Below the pieces are notes generated by a model. The model had not been told where the DNA came from and searched no databases. It saw only the letters and a program-made list of their open reading frames with translations. Shown piece after piece: positions 56,010 through 58,769 of a stretch of 58,769 bases of DNA. The translations under genes and the position numbers were made by a program. Origin of the DNA: an uncultured virus (IMG/VR IMGVR_UViG_3300027749_003369) (lineage: Duplodnaviria > Heunggongvirae > Uroviricota > Caudoviricetes); the IMG/VR virus record IMGVR_UViG_3300027749_003369, one strand, 5' to 3'. Position 1 is the first letter of the stretch. Every line of letters begins with the position of its first letter.

Positions 56010-58033
56010 TGAGTTAATATCCTGTTTGCGTTTTTAGTTTGTTCTTCAGAGTTTACTTTATAATCATTTAAAGGGTGTGTATCATTATAATTATAAACAA
56101 TGTCTTGTACTACTTTAATACTTTCGGGTTGACATTTTTCTATTAGAGAATAAAAAATAGAACCATCTCCTCCTGCTTTATACCATTTTCCATTTTCATC
56201 TTTAAACATATTTTCATCAACATTTTCTAAAAGATATGCCTTAAATGTTCTTAAATGAGTGTAAGGCATGTTCCAATTAAATTTATATTGTCTATATTTC
56301 TTTTCTTTTTTAATTTGTTCTGGATAAGGTTGAGATACTAAAGGTATATTATCTACCATCGACCAACATGAACCATAACTAAACTCAGTTGTACCATCAT
56401 AAAGATTATTGTAAAAATGAAATATTTGATTATCGTTTACTAAAGAATCATCTCCATCTAAAAACATTACAATATCATCACGTTCACAAAATTTGTTTAT
56501 TGATTCTATTTGATTTCTTACAGCACCTTTATTTTCTGTGTTTCGTATCACTTTAATCTTATCACTTTTATATTTTTTAGCTAACTCATAAGTATTATCT
56601 GTAGAACAATCATCAATAACAATCATTAAATAATTATCATAGTCTTGTGTAATAACTGATTTAATACATTTCTCAATATATTTAGAAGCATTATAAGTAG
56701 GCGTAATCAAAACAATTCTTTGTTGTGTATTTCTTGGTAAATAATTTTCTTCGTAATTGCTAAATCTTCTACCAAATACTTTTTTAACCCTAGAATTGAT
56801 ATGACTTACTTTTTTATATTCTTCTTTTGAAAGATATTCACCTAATTTTTTATAGATATGTTGTTTCCATTGTAATGCTACAGAATCCCAACCTACAATG
56901 TCTTTTATAATATTGCATGAATACATTTTTTGTTGATGTAAATATCTATTATCATTGGTCTGTAAAACCATATTTACAAATTTATTTTCTTGTTCTTTTT
57001 TATCAATAAATCTAAAAAGACTATTTGGTTCTATTGCGTAATCAATTAAGTAACAGGCCTGTTCAACAGCTGTTTCTTCTAAAGCTCCAAAACGAGTTGT
57101 AATTAAAGGAGTGTTATATGCTAAAGATTCTAAAGTTGAAATACCAAATGTTTCAGGAAAAGCACCAGGAAATAACATGAAACTGGCTTTTGCCATTAAT
57201 TCTGCTATTTCGGATTGTTTAATGATACCTGTAAATTCTACATCTAATTTTTTATATTTTTCATCAACAACTAATTCTCTCCATTTTTTTTCTTGTTCAT
57301 CAGGAGCAGCATTTTCTCTAAATCTATAATAACCACCAATTACTTTTAATTTAGCTTCAGGTATTTGTTGTTTAATTCTTTCCCACATATTCTCAACTAA
57401 AGGTAACATACCTTTTGTAACAGAAGCATTATAAACATATAAATGAGGATCTTTTTGTCTTATATCTATTTCATCTTTGTAAAGTACAATGCCATTACGT
57501 GTCATAAACATATGAGATTTCAGTACTTCAAAATTTCTTCTTTTGCCATGATCGCATGTAGTTACATAAGAAGTATGAAAATCTGAAAGAGTAAACATTT
57601 CATCTATATCTTTATGAACAATCATATCTTCTAATAAATGATCACCTTTAGCAAAAGTATCGTGCATCCACATTGCTTTAAATTTAGCATTTTGTTTTAT
57701 TTTAGAATATCTTTGAGGTTTAAAATTTTCGAATTGATTATATAAATGTGGAGGTAAAAATGGTATTACCGTTCTGGAAGATATAACCACATCAAAATTA
57801 AAATCGTTTTTATAATCTAATATAGTATGATCTATATATTGAACATTATCAAATGTTCCTTCTTTTGATTCTTTATCTATACAATTATTAAATACTGTTA
57901 CTTTGAAATTCTTTTTGGCTAGTTCTTTTGCAAGTAAAATAACAGCGGATTCAGATCCACCTAAACCTCTTTTGTTTAAAGTATCACCATCGTAAGTCAA
58001 TCCAATGATGTCAATAATTGCTATAGAAATCAT
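56006..58033 (-). CDS. GT4-like plus GT2 bifunctional glycosyltransferase
   Basis: GLGGSESA, FPETFGISTLES; then TPTYNASKYIEKCIKSV, IDDCSTD, FLDGDD. Confidence 0.9.
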   Translation of the reverse strand: MISIAIIDIIGLTYDGDTLNKRGLGGSESAVILLAKELAKKNFKVTVFNNCIDKESKEGTFDNVQYIDHTILDYKNDFNFDVVISSRTVIPFLPPHLYNQFENFKPQRYSKIKQNAKFKAMWMHDTFAKGDHLLEDMIVHKDIDEMFTLSDFHTSYVTTCDHGKRRNFEVLKSHMFMTRNGIVLYKDEIDIRQKDPHLYVYNASVTKGMLPLVENMWERIKQQIPEAKLKVIGGYYRFRENAAPDEQEKKWRELVVDEKYKKLDVEFTGIIKQSEIAELMAKASFMLFPGAFPETFGISTLESLAYNTPLITTRFGALEETAVEQACYLIDYAIEPNSLFRFIDKKEQENKFVNMVLQTNDNRYLHQQKMYSCNIIKDIVGWDSVALQWKQHIYKKLGEYLSKEEYKKVSHINSRVKKVFGRRFSNYEENYLPRNTQQRIVLITPTYNASKYIEKCIKSVITQDYDNYLMIVIDDCSTDNTYELAKKYKSDKIKVIRNTENKGAVRNQIESINKFCERDDIVMFLDGDDSLVNDNQIFHFYNNLYDGTTEFSYGSCWSMVDNIPLVSQPYPEQIKKEKKYRQYKFNWNMPYTHLRTFKAYLLENVDENMFKDENGKWYKAGGDGSIFYSLIEKCQPESIKVVQDIVYNYNDTHPLNDYKVNSEEQTKNANRILTQ

Positions 58034-58061
58034 TTAAAATACATTCATATAAAGTTAAGAT

Positions 58062-58073
58062 TATTTATAAATA
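58062..58073. promoter_or_regulatory. palindromic bidirectional late promoter
   Basis: TATTTATAAATA between the divergent GT and fibre genes. Confidence 0.75.
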
Positions 58074-58074
58074 T

Positions 58075-58103
58075 ACTATAACATAATATGGTTGGTTTGT
58101 CAA
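58075..58103 (-). promoter_or_regulatory. sigma70-type promoter for the glycosyltransferase operon
   Basis: Minus strand TTGACA-17-TATAGT with TG. Confidence 0.78.
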
Positions 58104-58124
58104 TCTAAAGAATTAAAAAAATAA

Positions 58125-58769
58125 ATGCCAGTAATTAAAGGTCCTACACAACAAGTAAGAGTTACACTACCATCCAGAGGTGGGCCAGGCTACACAGGTT
58201 CTAAAGGAGATCCTGGTGGTTATACTGGTTCACAAGGAAATACAGGTTATACAGGTTCTCAAGGTATTGGCTATACAGGTTCTAAAGGAGATGCCGGTGG
58301 ATATACAGGTTCACGAGGTGATATAGGTTATACTGGAAGTTCGGGCACTATAGGATATACAGGATCTGCCGGTGCTGGTTATACAGGTTCAACAGGATTT
58401 ACTGGATCGGCAGGAGTTGGTTACACAGGATCTTCTGGAGTAGGATATACAGGATCAGCAGGTTCTGGTTACACAGGTTCTCAAGGAAGTTTAGGGTACA
58501 CAGGATCAAAAGGTACTGATGGAACAATTGGTAGAGATGGTTATACAGGTTCAACAGGATTTACCGGATCAGCAGGTGCTGGTTACACAGGATCAAAAGG
58601 AGATTTAGGATATTCAGGTAGTTTAGGTTATACAGGATCAAAAGGCACTGATGGAACAATTGGTAGAGATGGTTATACAGGTTCAACAGGATTTACCGGA
58701 TCAGCAGGTGCTGGTTATACGGGTTCTGCCGGCTCAACAGGATTTACCGGATCAGCAGGTGCTGGTTAT
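58125..58769 (+). CDS. Gly-rich collagen-like fibre protein with GYTGS repeats (partial, runs off window)
   Basis: MPVIKGPTQQVRVTLPSRGGPGYTGSKGDPGGYTGSQGNTGYTGS...; open to the window end. Confidence 0.85.
   Translation, partial: MPVIKGPTQQVRVTLPSRGGPGYTGSKGDPGGYTGSQGNTGYTGSQGIGYTGSKGDAGGYTGSRGDIGYTGSSGTIGYTGSAGAGYTGSTGFTGSAGVGYTGSSGVGYTGSAGSGYTGSQGSLGYTGSKGTDGTIGRDGYTGSTGFTGSAGAGYTGSKGDLGYSGSLGYTGSKGTDGTIGRDGYTGSTGFTGSAGAGYTGSAGSTGFTGSAGAGY
58488..58721 (+). repeat. near-identical duplication with 132-nt period inside the fibre gene
   Basis: SLGYTGSKGTDGTIGRDGYTGSTGFTGSAGAGY encoded at 58488 and again at 58620. Confidence 0.85.

Noticed and set aside
1268..57329. Short antisense or alternate-frame ORFs in the track (e.g. 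1268-1522, 2424-2657, 5202-5465, 8744-8980, 9746-10018, 14016-14319, 18833-19078, 40184-40639, 48502-48756, 57111-57329)
   Set aside because: They lie within or opposite well-supported genes and lack RBS or motifs; treated as shadow ORFs

Overview
This window is AT-rich DNA from a T4-like myovirus. The host is probably a low-GC alphaproteobacterium such as SAR11/Pelagibacterales, inferred from a phage-borne, circularly permuted two-piece tmRNA (tag ANESYALAA). From 1 to 8.6 kb are accessory and replication genes: lysozyme, 1-Cys peroxiredoxin, exonuclease, tmRNA, gp33, gp59, a secreted nuclease and gp32. From 8.6 to 18.1 kb is the tail/baseplate-hub module: tape measure, holin, gp51/gp26 with a candidate -1 frameshift, gp54-like, gp2, gp4, gp48, gp53, hub and gp5, with a dense GGCC cluster over gp5. 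From 18.2 to 24.3 kb an accessory island separates gp5 from the PAAR gene and carries lipoproteins, an IscA-type carrier, 2OG oxygenases and a BtuB-like TonB-dependent receptor. From 24.3 to 41.1 kb are PAAR, gp25, gp6, gp7, gp8, a VrlC-like protein and a tail fibre. The most striking feature is a co-oriented cluster at 41.1-53.4 kb inside the fibre region. It encodes five radical SAM enzymes (one with a cobalamin-binding architecture) and five cupin/2OG-Fe(II) oxygenases around a 190-aa virion-like protein ending in CHASCHGNCHSNRGRR, suggesting a RiPP-like virion protein modification system. From 53.4 to 58.8 kb are glycosyltransferases, an FkbM methyltransferase fusion and the start of a GYTGS-repeat fibre. 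All assignments come from motif recognition and synteny by eye; no searches were run.
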